64,000 nt of DNA from Dicyema japonicum. Taxonomy: Eukaryota; Animalia; Dicyemida. This document shows positions 50,380 through 63,590 of this stretch, in pieces; position 1 is the first letter of the stretch; every line of letters begins with the position of its first letter. The translations under genes and the position numbers were made by a program. The notes under the pieces are model-generated. The model saw only the letters and a list, made by a program, of their open reading frames with translations, did no database searches and had not been told where the DNA came from. The stretch covers positions 910,755 to 974,754 of the forward strand of contig RDEW01000020.1 of NCBI GenBank assembly GCA_011109175.1, given 5' to 3'.

Positions 50380-51500
50380 AGAAATGGGTGATGTCCAGAC
50401 TATAGGCTAACAAATCCTACTCTTATGATCAACGATTATAAAGATTTGAGAAAATTTCGGAGACGCCGGACATTGCAGACCGAAGCGAAAAGTTTCAAGA
50501 ACTATAAAAAGGTTGAATAATCTGGCTTCTTTGATTTCTTTGGCATGGAATTGGTCAAAGGACTNGATGTCCAGACTATAGGCTAGCAAATCCTACTCTT
50601 ATGATCAACGATTATAAAGATTTGAGAGGATTTCGGAGACGCTGGACATTGCAGACCGAAGCGAAAAGTTTCAAGAACTATAAAAAGGTTGAATAATCTG
50701 GCTTCTTTGATTTCTTTGGCATGGAATTGGTCAAAAAACTCTCATCCCATATACGTTCAATAGACGAAGCCGCAAAAATCATCAGTGTGGAGATTTAAAA
50801 GGCAGACAACATATTTATTCTTCCCTCATCATACACGAATTTTATGCCCTCAATTCCCGGACAGTTACACTCGTATAACGAAGAAATTTTTTTTGAAAAA
50901 ATGCCATCCGATGGATTTGAAATCTTTGAAATTCATCAGACAACTAAATAAAAGAATCAACCAGAGCATAAAAACCACCAGGCTCAGAGATGGCGTCAAG
51001 AAAAGCTGTTTTTCTTTTCCACATTGACGGCAGAGATGTAGGTGTAAGCATTTGACCACTTCGTTGAAACTGAAGACCCATTCAGTACAATTTGTTGTCG
51101 CAAACGAATTTGTGGAGATTCACGTAGACATGAGATTCATGTAGTAACGAATAACAAACCCGAAATTTTCGTTTATGATAAGACAAAAAATACGATTACT
51201 CTTGTTGAAATTGAGATCACTTCTCAAAACTACCTCAAACAGGTCGAGGTAGAAAAGTTCCACAAGTATGACTACTGGCGAACAAACATAAGATTATCCA
51301 TCTCGCAAAAGTGAAAGTAATCCCTGTGGTCGTCACCTGGGATTGAATAGTCTCCAGATTCTTCAAGGGCCACCTGAATGCCCTTAAAGTGGAGGAGTCT
51401 GTCAAGGCTTATATACAAACACTAATGCTACGAAATACTTTGAAGAGTATGCAAGCTGATGAGAGACATTGAGTATCGATCCCTGGTGAGGAAAAAGAAG
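50380..51500 (+). mobile_element. R4/NeSL-like RLE retrotransposon relic
   Basis: NKPEIFVYDK..LVEIEIT..EVEKFHKYD, IPVVVTWD. Confidence 0.65.
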
Positions 51501-51841
51501 GCATGGAATGTCAACCTAAGGTAGTCTCTGAATATGGGGTGTGCAGCGACGTGAACATACAAGCAATAGAGGTTTACTTATTTAAAACCAAGAATTACCG
51601 ACAATATAAAAGAGAGTTGGGGCCGTCATGGATCCTGGCCTCCTTAAGCAGCGGCATCATCATTTCTTGGTGTTCCTCTCGAGAGCCGAGACACTTCGTG
51701 TATGTATGAATCACTTTTCGGAAATTTTGAGATTTCAACGGGATCCGGTTCTTTTCACAAGTTCCTCGAACTTGGTTGGCTTCATTGGCGATGAGGAGAA
51801 TCTTTGTAGGGCTATCGTTACTATTTCTTGGAAGGAGTTTA

Positions 51842-54337
51842 TTTTTTTAGGTTGGCATAGGATAGGTTAGTACCTCATGCCACATGGCATAGCCGATTGA
51901 TGGTAGTAAAGATGATTTAATGTCGAGTAGAAACAGTAGCGTTTTACAAAATTTGTAGTATCATAGTAGCGTTTTTACAAAATTTAGTTTTCGTTGGGAA
52001 GAGGAGATGACGTTGCTTACGTGTTTACTAAAGGTCATGATGGTGTGATCCCCAGTATTTTGATTGAGTTTATGGAAGAAATTGATATTCCATTAAAAGT
52101 CAAAAAGGTGCCGAGTCAATCTTCTATTGGAAGTAAAAATCGTAGAGTTCGACTTTTCAGGACTTGTGTGTAATAGCTTCCTCGTAAGCCAACAGTTCTG
52201 GTTGTCCAGTAACTCTTGTTGACGGGTACCCGCTGTGTGGATACAATGGTCTCTTGTTTCCAGGATTATTTCGTCAGCATAAGCGAAGATCAGAGTAACG
52301 TCGTTCCTATGGGGAGGCATGTAGCTCATAAAGAGGTCGAAGAGAATTGGTGACAGAATCTCTACGGGACCCCATTCTGCAGAAATTAGTTACAGAACAT
52401 ATGGAATGTGAGATTACTCTTCCTCTTCGTCAATTGAGGAAATTTGTAAGTTGTTTGTAATGTTATAGCCATAAATCTTCTTGTGAGTAATTTCCTCAGA
52501 ATCCAGTCAAAAGCCTTCTGTATTTCAATGGAACACATAAGGGTCTTTTGATGCCGAAGTTTGCATTGTAGGCCCTCCTTAATGAATTTCGTCAGGTGAG
52601 TAGTTGTGGAGTGAGCCTTCTTAAAACTATGTCGTAAGGATACGTCCGGAAGGTAAAATTTAATCTGGTTGAGAATGAGTTTTTCCAGAATTTTTGAGGA
52701 GGCACACAAAGGATATATTGGTCGTAAGAGGTCGGTGAGTCCTTCGGGCGTCCAGGTTTTAAGATTGGATATATATCGGATAATTTCCATAAAGTAGGGA
52801 TGGAGTTCCTGCTGATGGAGAGGTTGAAAATTCGGGTGAAGGCCGAGATAGTGTAAGGGCCAATCTTCTTCAATACTATAGCAGAAATACCATCTGGACT
52901 GCTTAAGTAGGAAGATTTTTGTTTTTGAATCACCTTACGCATGACATCAATAGAAGATTATCTGTGGTTGCATCGCGTTTTGGTTTTTTATGTAAGAAAT
53001 GGAAGGATCCTCAATTTTCTGGTGAGTGACGAAGCTCACGGAAGAGTAAACCTTAATGATTTTGTTTAAAAAATTCTTGTTCTCTAGGTCTTCACAAGGA
53101 GGCGGTCTTACAGAGTAGGTGAAGCCCCGAAGAGTATTCCACATTCTCGTGAGAGAGGACTGTTTTCATCCTGGTTTCCTAAGATTGAATCTAGGCTTTT
53201 TAAGCAAGTTGTTAGAGTCAAACCCGTACAAGTTGTAGTCTACGAATTATGAAAACAATAGCCAGTTGACGTTTTTGTAGTCTGGCAGTAATATAGGTTT
53301 TCTTTCGATGGACACTCTTCTTTTGAAAGTAATGATAATGGGGGTTATGTCACTGGTAGTGTCGTATTACACTGACCAATTGATTAGAGCGGCAATTTTT
53401 GGAGAAGCAAGAGTCAGGTCGGATAAAGGACGTCATGTCGTTTGTCCTGTAAGGAATTCTTGTATTGAATATAGGGTTGTCTAATACCACAAGATAATTC
53501 AGCTTCGATAGTTAGTGGATTCCTCTGGCGTCTTCCGGTTGGTCTTTGAATATATTGGATGCTCACATTCAGGTCTCCACATAATAAATAGGTATAGTCG
53601 ACATTTAGCAGTAAGAAACTGAATCCTTTGAGACAGGAACTGAGAGGAGGTACAGAGATGTTCAATACAGTGAGGTATCCAATGTTGGTTGAAATTGAAA
53701 TTATGATGTATTCAACGGGAGGGGGAAAGTGGAGGTGTACTTTTTCCGTGAAAGGGATTTCCTTCTTGATAAGTGTGATGACTCCACCACCTTGGGCAGA
53801 AGGGAGGTCGCGTCGAATAATGTTGTAGCCTGGAAAGACTGGGGTGAGTAAAGAGGAAGACAGTTTTGTTTCTTGAAGTAGACAAACGTCTGTATCTTGT
53901 TTTTTTCAGAAGATCCCTGAGCTCAAGGACCTTCTCTCTTATTTCGATTATGTTTAGTTGTACGTGGACAAGTGCTTGTGGTAGCCAGGAATTTGNTGAG
54001 CTCAAGGACCTTCTCTCTTATTCCGATTATGTTTAGTTGTACGTGGACAAGTGCTTGTGGTAGCCAGGAATTTGGATTTATATCTCCGGAGAGTATCAGC
54101 GTGGCTTCGACCAGGTTGGGTGAGGCAGACGTGGACAAGTGCTTGTGGTAGCCAGGAATTTGGATTTATATCTCCTGAGAGTATCAGCGTGGCTTCGACC
54201 AGGTTGGATGAGGCAGACCAATAGGGGGTTTATCCAGGAAGGATAATCTTTTTGGATTGGAAGGAATAAAGAGTCTTTTTTGTTTGTGAAGTAGATTCCA
54301 CAACTTGCGCCACCAGAAACAGCGAACCACCTGACGC
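51842..54337 (-). mobile_element. Ingi/Vingi/Jockey-like APE-RT LINE with 5' module and 2A-like motif
   Basis: 5' module 54272-54337; LILSGDINPN, QLNIIGI, GDLN, PDGISA, PILKPG, YADE; short A tail at ~51842. Confidence 0.75.
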
Positions 54338-54775
54338 GTGTATTCTTAAGTTTATCAAGCAATAGAGGTTGGCCCAAAAAATTTATTTTGTCTATTTATA
54401 AATTTCGATAGTTATATTATTCATTTTACAATAATTTACGCGCACTTTTATTGAGGAGTTACGGGCGAATCAGTCAATTGACCATTCTTCAAGACTCCGT
54501 ACGAAGAAAATTTTTTATGTAAAAGTTGATGTGGATATTCTCGATGCCTGAACCGTGTTATTAATGATTGGATTAAGGTTAATCACCCGACAATTGATCA
54601 AATTTCCTCTATTATCTATGCTGGGCAAACTGCCTACCAAACTCTTATCACAAAGAAATGAGCCCTCAATATGGAAGGAGGATGTGACTCGCATTTTGTT
54701 TTTATTCAAAAGTTTTTTATGAGCACTCTTTCTACTGACGAGAAGTCTATGGCGTGTCATGTTTTGTCGCTAGTT

Positions 54776-56085
54776 GGATACAGGAAGAAACAATCTGGAG
54801 AAAGGGCCAGAATTTATGTCTCTTATCCAAGATGAGATTAAAGTCATGCAGAATCAAATGTCGACATTTGAATCGAGGGGGAAATTTCGTATGGATAACC
54901 AAATGTTCGAATTGAATAGAAGTTCCTTTTACAGGAATTTGACAAAATAATATTAATACCTCAATTTATGATAAAAAATGCGCAGATTTTTGAGAAGAAT
55001 TATGGAAAAGAAGTCTTAATTCGGAAAAAAATGACTGGTGTTGAAAATGTGTCTGTCGAATTCTTGAAAAATGTGTTTGAGCAANTGGATACAGGAAGAA
55101 ACAATCTGGAGAAAGGGCCAGAATTTATGTCTCTTATCCAAGATGAGATTAAAGTCATGCAGAATCAAATGTCGACATTTGGGAAATTTCGTATGGATAA
55201 CCAAATGTTCGAATTGAATAGAAGTTCCTTTTACAGGAATTTGACAAAATAATATTAATACCTCAATTTATGATAAAAAATGCGCAGATTTTTGAGAAGA
55301 ATTATGGAAAAGAAGTCTTAATTCGGAAAAAAATGACTGGTGTCGAAAATGTGTCTGTCGAATTCTTGAAAAATGTGTTTGAGCAAACGATTCAATATTT
55401 GCCGAATTGGAGGCCCCAGGTTGTGATGGAGAAGATGTTATATGGATTTTTCATGATTTGAAACTCAGTAGCACTGTTTGCTGTACAATTGCCGCAATTC
55501 TTCAAGTCGAAATTTCGGAAAACACACATTTGAAAACACACCAAATAAGATTGAAGAGTCTTCATTCCGTTATTTCGGAAAACAGATCAAATAAGATTGA
55601 AGAGTCTTCATTCCGTTATTTATAAGATTTTGTAGGAGGATTATGTGAATATAGATCATTCCTCTTATTGACTTCTAAAAGGGAATAACTCCCCAAGGTC
55701 GGAAGCCATATTCTGCCTGATTCGAGATAGGAATCTGTTCTTTGGAGAACAAAATGCAACGTGGACCCATTGTAAAAAATGGAAGAAGACCGTGGATCAT
55801 TATGCCACAAGGTGTGAGAAGATGCTGTATGGTGATTGTGTAAGAAGAAATAACAAAGTCGTGAGGTGTCTACATTTCCACTTTTGCTGAGAGTTTGGCC
55901 TTAAAAACGAGAAGAAACTGAAGAGTCATTCAGTGCAATCCATTGTAATGAATGACTCAGTTGAAACCAGAGTTGACACCTTTATCAAAACTGACATAAT
56001 TATCAACAAGCCAGACCTGTTCGTTTTTTATAAAAGGAGAAACAAAATTGATGTGGTCGAAGTGGGAATAACATCTTCCCAAAAA
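54776..56085 (+). mobile_element. R4/NeSL-like RLE retrotransposon relic, heavily deleted
   Basis: FELNRSSFYR, PNWRP, TVDH.ATRC, NKPDLFVF..VVEVGIT. Confidence 0.7.
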
Positions 56086-56999
56086 TATGTCGATATAATT
56101 AAATTTATTCAATGTTTCAGTTATTACCATACTAATTGAAAAAATGTCAAGAATAATAAAAAATTCTTATTGTTAGTCAATGTTTGATAAAATTATTAAT
56201 TTGATAAAATTTTTTTTGATTTTTCCAAGTCCACTTGGTTAACGCGCACTGCTCGGTAAACCATAGCGCCTGTGACATGATATAATCATTCGATGCGTTG
56301 ACTGCTAAAACTGGTTGTAGATTATTATTATTATTTAAGCCAAAGAAACACCGTCTTAACCAATAACTAATATTCAGGTGATCCCGGCATCTCTCAATAA
56401 TCGGGCCATTTTTTCTCGATGCTCCGACTGTGATCCCACGCATTTTCTATANTTTATAAGGAATGTGACTGATTCGAATACAATGTTTCATATATTTATT
56501 CAGATTGAGCTGGCATTGTTCTTTGTTATCTTCGTATTCTGGGTTCTTCAGACGCCTCAACATCTTCCACATGTTGGAAATTGAGGTCTGGTTATTCATG
56601 GCAGCAGAGATTCGCCTGAGTTTCTTCCTTTGGGTGTTGTTTGTGCTTTTCGTGATAAGAATGTTTAGTGACCTGATTCGATTAATAACCTCTCGTGAAC
56701 GATGTATCATTTTCTTAAGGTTGTTTCTTTCCATAATTATTTTCCTTGTTTTTGAGTCGTGGATATTAACTGAAATAAAATCAAAAATGTTTTAAAATTA
56801 TTTTATTAAAAATTAATTATAAATAAAAAATAATTTCAAATTTCAAATATAAAAAAATACAAATGAAGCAATTTTTACACGTTTTCCTCATAGTTTATCT
56901 AATTTGGGGATTTATTGCTATTGGTGGTTCACTGGGGATTTGGTTAAAATTAATTATAAATAAAAAATAATTTCAAATTTCAAATATAAAAAAATACAA

Positions 57000-57786
57000 A
57001 TGAAGCAATTTTTACACGTTTTCCTCATAGTTTATCTAATTTGGGGATTTATTGCTATTGGTGGTTCACTGGGGATTTGGTTTGCCTACGATGGTTTCAA
57101 AAATAATTCTGCTCCCATTCCATACATTTCCGAAGTTGGGAACTTGAAGCCTCAGAGTTCCTTCTTTTCTCTATTTTTCACAGTCTCCTTCATTCATAGT
57201 TTGTCTTAATATACATTTTAGGTCTAATCATTGTTTTAATATTGTTATATGATAACCACAAGAAACTAAAATCATCAAACAGGTCCCTAATACCCAACAA
57301 CTTGGCCTTTATTTCTTCTTTGATTTCTATTCCTTCCTTCATAATTTGTGTTAACTTTCAAGTATATTACACAGTAATGCAGTAGTATTCTCCTCTGAGG
57401 ACTGTCCATTTGACCTCTGCCCTTGTGGGATTTGTCAATGAGATATCTGCTATTGTCCTCATATGTGTTGTCACCCACATGCTATTCCCCAGATTTAAGA
57501 CACTCCCCTTGGTCATCTCCCGTTGGGTAATCTGTGCATGCAACATTATATCCTTCCTTATTTGTAAACATTTGGTTTATGTTAGACCTAATTTTCCTGA
57601 TTCTCAGTGAGGGCAATAGAACAAGTGATAACTACAATGTAAGAGTAAATGTTATGTTAGTTGCTTCTGAGTATCAGTGCTTTCTTTGAGTGGTTGATAT
57701 TCTTCACAACATTTGCATTTATTGGATCCTTCTATTTTGAATTTAAGAGAGTTTGTTTGACTTGGTCTCTATCTAATATCGAATAA
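57000..57786 (+). CDS. Frag1/DRAM/Sfk1 family multipass membrane protein (DRAM/TMEM150-like); four introns
   Basis: PYISEVG..PQS.FF, VNFQ..VHL..A, SAFFEW, SFYFEFK; stop 57784-57786. Confidence 0.85.
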
Positions 57787-59199
57787 TTTCTGTTTATTTT
57801 AACTTTGCATAATCAATACTAACTTCAAGGGTATACATTAAGCCAAAAATCATATCTGGTCACCCCGACCTCTCTAAGTAGTGACCTCAATTTCATAGTG
57901 TTTCTCTCAGGAACTGACACACAAGACCCACCTTTTGGAATGCTAATATATCTCCATAATTAATACAATATATGGTAATTCAGTTTGAGTGTTATGCACT
58001 TTGTGTGAGTGGTAATACTAGGAGCTTAATTATCCTCAAGTTGATCTTGATTCGTAATATTTTCAATAACAGCTGTTTGAAATAATTTAATCGGATAATC
58101 TACCACATAATATGAGTTCATTAAGTTGTCAATTTAATATTCAACTTACTAAAAGAAGGGGTTCTTTTTGAGTGACATTATTATTTTGCAAAACAAGTTA
58201 TCTCCTCGTCGCTTCTTCAGTACTGTGGATAATCTTCCATGTTAGATTTTTCCACACTCTCCTTGAGAAGGCTATTTTTTGAAGGACATTTAGGTTGTCT
58301 GCATTTTCGATATTCTTTACAATCTCAAGTTAATTGCAATAGGGAGAGAGTAATGAGAACATCACGGTATCCACGACTGCTTTGTAAGTAATATCTAGTT
58401 GGATCAAGGGCGGAGGCTATATTGCTTGTCCGTCTTGGATTGCCCACTTTCCAATTACAGGTGAAGAGGCCCACCGAGGTGTTTCAACTGCCAACGCTAT
58501 GGAGACATATCCTCCTTCTGTAAAGAGAAGACAAGATGTTCCGTTGCGCAGGGGAACAGGACTTGACTGCTCGTGGAGAGACTCCTGAGAACACAATGAA
58601 TTGCATAAATTGAGGCTCGTACTCACATTGTGCCAGATATGGAGGATGTCCAGGCTCCAAAAAATCTGATCAGAGGAAAGCAACGAAAAAATATGGACAG
58701 GCGATAATAGGTGACCTTGTTAATTTACGACCCTGGAGGAAAGTATATTGAATAATATGTTTCTTTATTTTTGAAGCAAATCACTGACCCTTCTGAACTG
58801 TATCGGATCGCCTCTCGCAAGTATGAAGATTGATATTTGAGAAAAGATCTGGCTTATTGCACGCATTTCCTTAAAAATCGTCACCCTTCTGAACTGTATC
58901 GGATCGCCTCTCTCAAGTATGAAGATTGATATTTGAGAAAGAATCTGGCTTATTGCACGCATTTCCTTAAAAATCGTCATTGGAAATAGGTTTTAATTCT
59001 GAGAGCGAAATGAGCTTCCATTTTTGAAACTTTAGTTGCCATAGATGCCATTTTAGCTGGCACTTTTAGAAATTTTAGTTGCCATAAATAATTGCCTTAG
59101 TTATGACGTTTTCAACATGGGGAGAGAATGGCATGTGCATGTCAAAAAGTCACCCCAAAGATCCTTTGAATAGTTTTCCATCAATTACAGTAGGTTTTT

Positions 59200-60310
59200 T
59201 AATTTAACGAAAAAAATTTCCGTTTTTGGGAAGAAATATGGAAAAGGAGGAATCTAAATTCGGAAAGTTTTAATATCGGAAAACAAATGACTGGTGTTGA
59301 AAATGTGTCTGTTGAATTCTCGAAAAATGTGTTTGAACAAACAATTTGATATTTGCTGAATTGGAAGGCCCCAGGTTGTGATGGGATCTACAATTTCTTC
59401 CTAAAGAAATTTACCTCGCTGCATGAATTTATCTATACCGAAATGCTTAGGATTGTAAACGGAGAGTACGTCCCTGGAAACTGATTTTTACTGGAATTAC
59501 GTACTTGATCCCAAAATTCGAAGCGGCATAATCATCAAGGACCTACGCCCTATTACATGCATGTCGTCACTCTATAAACTTATGACAAAGTGTCTCAATG
59601 CCAAGCTAGCGGATTATGTGGAAGCGTTTGGCCTTCTTTCTGAAAACTAGATGGGAACAAGGAAGAGATGTCAGGGTGCTAAACAAGGACCTACGCCCTA
59701 TTACATGCATGTCATCACTCTATAAACTTATGACAAAGTGCATCAATGCTAAGCTAGCGGATTATGTGGAAGCGTTTGGCCTTCTTTCTGAAAACTAGAT
59801 GGGAACAAGGAAGAGATGTCAGGGTGCTAAAGAACAGGCACTAGTCAATAAAAATAAATCAATAAATCACTGAGTGGAGGTGGATTATATGCTGCATGGA
59901 TTGATGTCAAAAAAGCATTTGACTCGGTTGATCACACCTTTTTAAAGGAAGTCCTTGAAAAATCCGGAATCCGCGAATGGTATATTAAAGTTGTGAGATT
60001 ACTGATTATGCATTGGAGAGTAAACAATGCCGTGTGGCTGGAAAGGAATCTAGAAATGTCCGCTACAAATGTCTTGGGAATACCATCTTCACAAAATCTA
60101 CAGCAGGTAGAATGCGAAAAACTGAGGAAGTATGACCTTCTTTCCAAAGAGCTGGAGTTGATACACTACCCAGAAGTCAAGATTATCCCGATTGTATTCA
60201 CTTGGGATGGTCTAGTGACTTCACATTCGTGGAAGTATGCCAGATCTTTGAATATGAGCGTATGTTCAAACGGTGGTAATCAAGAAGACTTTGGAGAGCA
60301 TGATTGCATC
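59200..60310 (+). mobile_element. R4/NeSL-like RT/RLE relic, same family as 54776-56085
   Basis: WKAPGCDGI, DLRPITCM, WIDVKKAFDSVDH, then a jump to EKLRKYDLLSKEL..IPIVFTWDG. Confidence 0.75.
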
Positions 60311-61199
60311 ATATAGGAACCAAGTCTACATTTCGCGGCGTTATGATAAACTTAATGAAAGGTAAATGATATTTACTCTCGGTCTGATTATGAAGGAATT
60401 TAAGAGAAAAGTGTGAGTGAAGTGATAACAATATACGTTGAGGAAAAGGACTGTGATAATTGGGTTGCTTCCATAGATGCTCGAAGAGGAGTTTCACAAG
60501 TTGTTGGTAGGTATTTTGCATTTATCAATTTCAGGCAGAGAATGAAAAAGTAATAAATGATTGAAAGAATTTTTGACTCCAAATTCNTACGTTGAGGAAA
60601 AGGACTGTGATAATTGGGTTGCTTCCATAGATGCTCGAAGAGGAGTTTCACAAGTTGTTGGTAGGTATTTTGCATTTATCAATTTCAGGCAGAAAATGAA
60701 AAAGTAATAAATGATTGAAAAAATTTTTGACTCCAAATTCATGTGGTCAGTTGAAGGGTTATCAGATAGTCGGTTATTTTTAGGGTTTTTGAATCACTTA
60801 TAATGTTTAGAATTTGTTTATTGATATACAATAACACTATGCAGGTAAATCTTAATTCAACGTTGTTCAAATACACTCGACTTTCATAAATTGGCCATTT
60901 TTGGTTCCTTTAATATTGTGGCCAATTTGAAAAAAAAAAATCAATAATTTTGAAGAACAATGAACAAATAATTTCCTTAAATGAACAAAAAATTAAAATA
61001 GAATGTAATTCCTCGTTGTTTTTTATTTCCTTCAATAATACTTGCTTTGTACTTTCNAATATAGTGGCCAATTTGAAAAAATAAAATCAATAATTTTGAA
61101 AAACAATAAACAAATAATTTCCTTAAATGAACAAAAAATTAAAATAGAATGTAATTCCTCGTTGTTTTTTTATTTCCTTCAATAATACTTGCTTTGTAC

Positions 61200-62150
61200 T
61201 TTCTTATTGAAGAAATTAAAGAAACTTCATGTTCATTCTCAACATTGGCTAATAATTCCCTTTCCATTTTGTCTGTATGCCTTGTTTTTTCAGATTCTTG
61301 TTCACTATTTTCTGAATTTTCTACAGAATTTTGATTGTCAATAAATGTATCATTTTCTGTGTATTCAATATTTAATAAATCCTCAACTTTCAGAGGATCG
61401 AAAATGTCTGTTCTTCTGATTGTTGATCATTAATATCAATTTCAAGAATTTCGTTATTGGAGTTATTAAAAACTTTGAAACAATTCCTGATCGTCTCTTC
61501 GGATACGTCTTTCCAAACCATTTTTGTAAAGAAGACCGTATCCTTAAAATTCATTTTCTTGTAGAAATATTTTGAGTTTCCAATAATTCCGTCAAATAGA
61601 TTAACTTGCGTCTGGTAAAATTGTTCTTGAAAGATATTGATGCCAATATCCATGAGTTAAAGCAACCACGTACTATTTTTTGAAAGAAACAATATTTTTA
61701 TATGCTCCAAATTCGGCGGGATACAATGCGCAGGGCAGTTGTCAATCAATAGTAAAATTCGTTTTTTTGTAATTCTTGGGCTGAATATCAAAATTAACCA
61801 ATTATTCCATAAATATGGATCCAGTCATCCAAGTTCTTTGTTAAGTATAGTAGGAGACGGAGCATCTATATCATAATTTCTAAATTATCGATGCATTTTT
61901 GGTCTTGAAATCATCGCTTGTTTCAACTTAAGCGTTCCGCTCATGGATCCAGTCATCCAAGTTCTTTGTTAAGTATAGTAGGAGACGGAGCATCTATATC
62001 ATAATTTCTAAATTATCGATGCATTTTTGGTCTTGAAATCATCGCTTGTTTCAACTTAAGCGTTCCGCTCATGTTTGAACATAGCATAATTGAGACACGG
62101 TCTTCAAAATTTTAGTAGCCTTGAAATCGGTTTCTGCAGATGCTTTTCTA
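61200..62150 (-). mobile_element. Tigger/pogo DDE transposase relic
   Basis: WMTGSIF, LLLIDNCPAH, MDIGI, WKDVSEETIRNCF. Confidence 0.7.
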
Positions 62151-62168
62151 TGGAATGAGCTCATATCA

Positions 62169-63590
62169 TGTAGCGCGCACTGTGAGCAACCATGCACAAC
62201 GCGCAACGAATAATGTGTCAATCAATGTCATCATGTCAAAATCATGTCAAACGATATCCATGTAGCGCGCACTGTGAGCAACCATGCACAACGCGCAACG
62301 AATAATGTGTCAATCAATGTCATCATGTCAAAATCATGTCAAACAATATCACGAGTAATTACTGAAATAAGATAATCTAGAGATAATTTATTACTTCAAA
62401 ATTAATTACATTTTTTTGACCATGTGCATTGGAATAATTTTTTTCACCAGTTTATAAACAAACCTAAAAATATTTTTTACATTCTAACCTCTACACGATT
62501 GTTTGATAATAAACTTAAAACTTCTACATTCTCACTGAATGGACTCTCAAATTTATTCAGCCTTAGAAAAGGATTAGTTTCATAATCTTTTAAAACTCTA
62601 ACCTACATTTAATTATTTAATGTCGCGCTCCATGCAGGTTACACCAATTTTAAGTGTTACACTTTGACCTTGGATTTTTTGGATATTGACATCTAAAATC
62701 AATTAACCACAATTAATTCACTATTTATTCATAAATCGAATTATCCGTGTTAGAAAAAAAGTATAATCAGGACTAGCCAAGAGTACAATGATATTGTTTC
62801 ATATCTACAATGCAAGATCATCGACCAAAATTTTACACGAATGCAAAAATTTCGGTTTATTAAGAAAGCCAATTTTTTTTTGTTGGAAAATTCTAAACTC
62901 TTTACAAATGATGAAGCTCATAAACGTGTTACTGCACAGGACGATATTCAAACTATGAAGATACAATGCATGAGACAGCATTAGACCACTCATTATGGAA
63001 TCAATAAACTGAAAGAATTTTGCGACAATTATTATTTCACCATAAAAAGATCCATTATACGTGATGTATGTTCCGAATGCATAGCATGTGCACAAAGCCA
63101 ACCTATAAAAGCTCAAATTCCTATGATTGACATTAAAGCAAAGTTTCCTTGAGAAAAATTTCAAATGGACTTGGTGGATTTAAGTCGATGGTCCCAGGCC
63201 AATGAGGGCTTTAAATATATATTTAATATTATTGATATATATTCCAAATTGACCTGATATAAATTTTCGTGACCTGATATAAATTTTGTTTTTCGTTTCA
63301 AAATAAGCAACTGTTATTTATTCATCTATAAGATCTATCTTTTATTGTTTTGGACTTCCTCAGATTTTACATCTGACAATGGGAAAGAATTTNTTCAAAT
63401 GGACTTGGTGGATTTAAGTCGATGGTCTTAGGCCAATGAGGGCTTTAAATATATATTTAATATTATTGATGTATATTCCAAATTTTGTTTTTCGTCTCAA
63501 AATATTGTTTATCTATAAGATCTATCTTTTATTTTTTTGGACCTCCTCAGATTTTACATCTGACAATGGGAAAGAATTTAGTAAATTCTT
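62169..63590 (+). mobile_element. Ginger/KRBA2-like integrase DNA transposon relic
   Basis: Possible TGT start; C..C, QMDLVD, FKYIFNIID.YSKF, FG.PQIL, DNGKEF. Confidence 0.65.
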
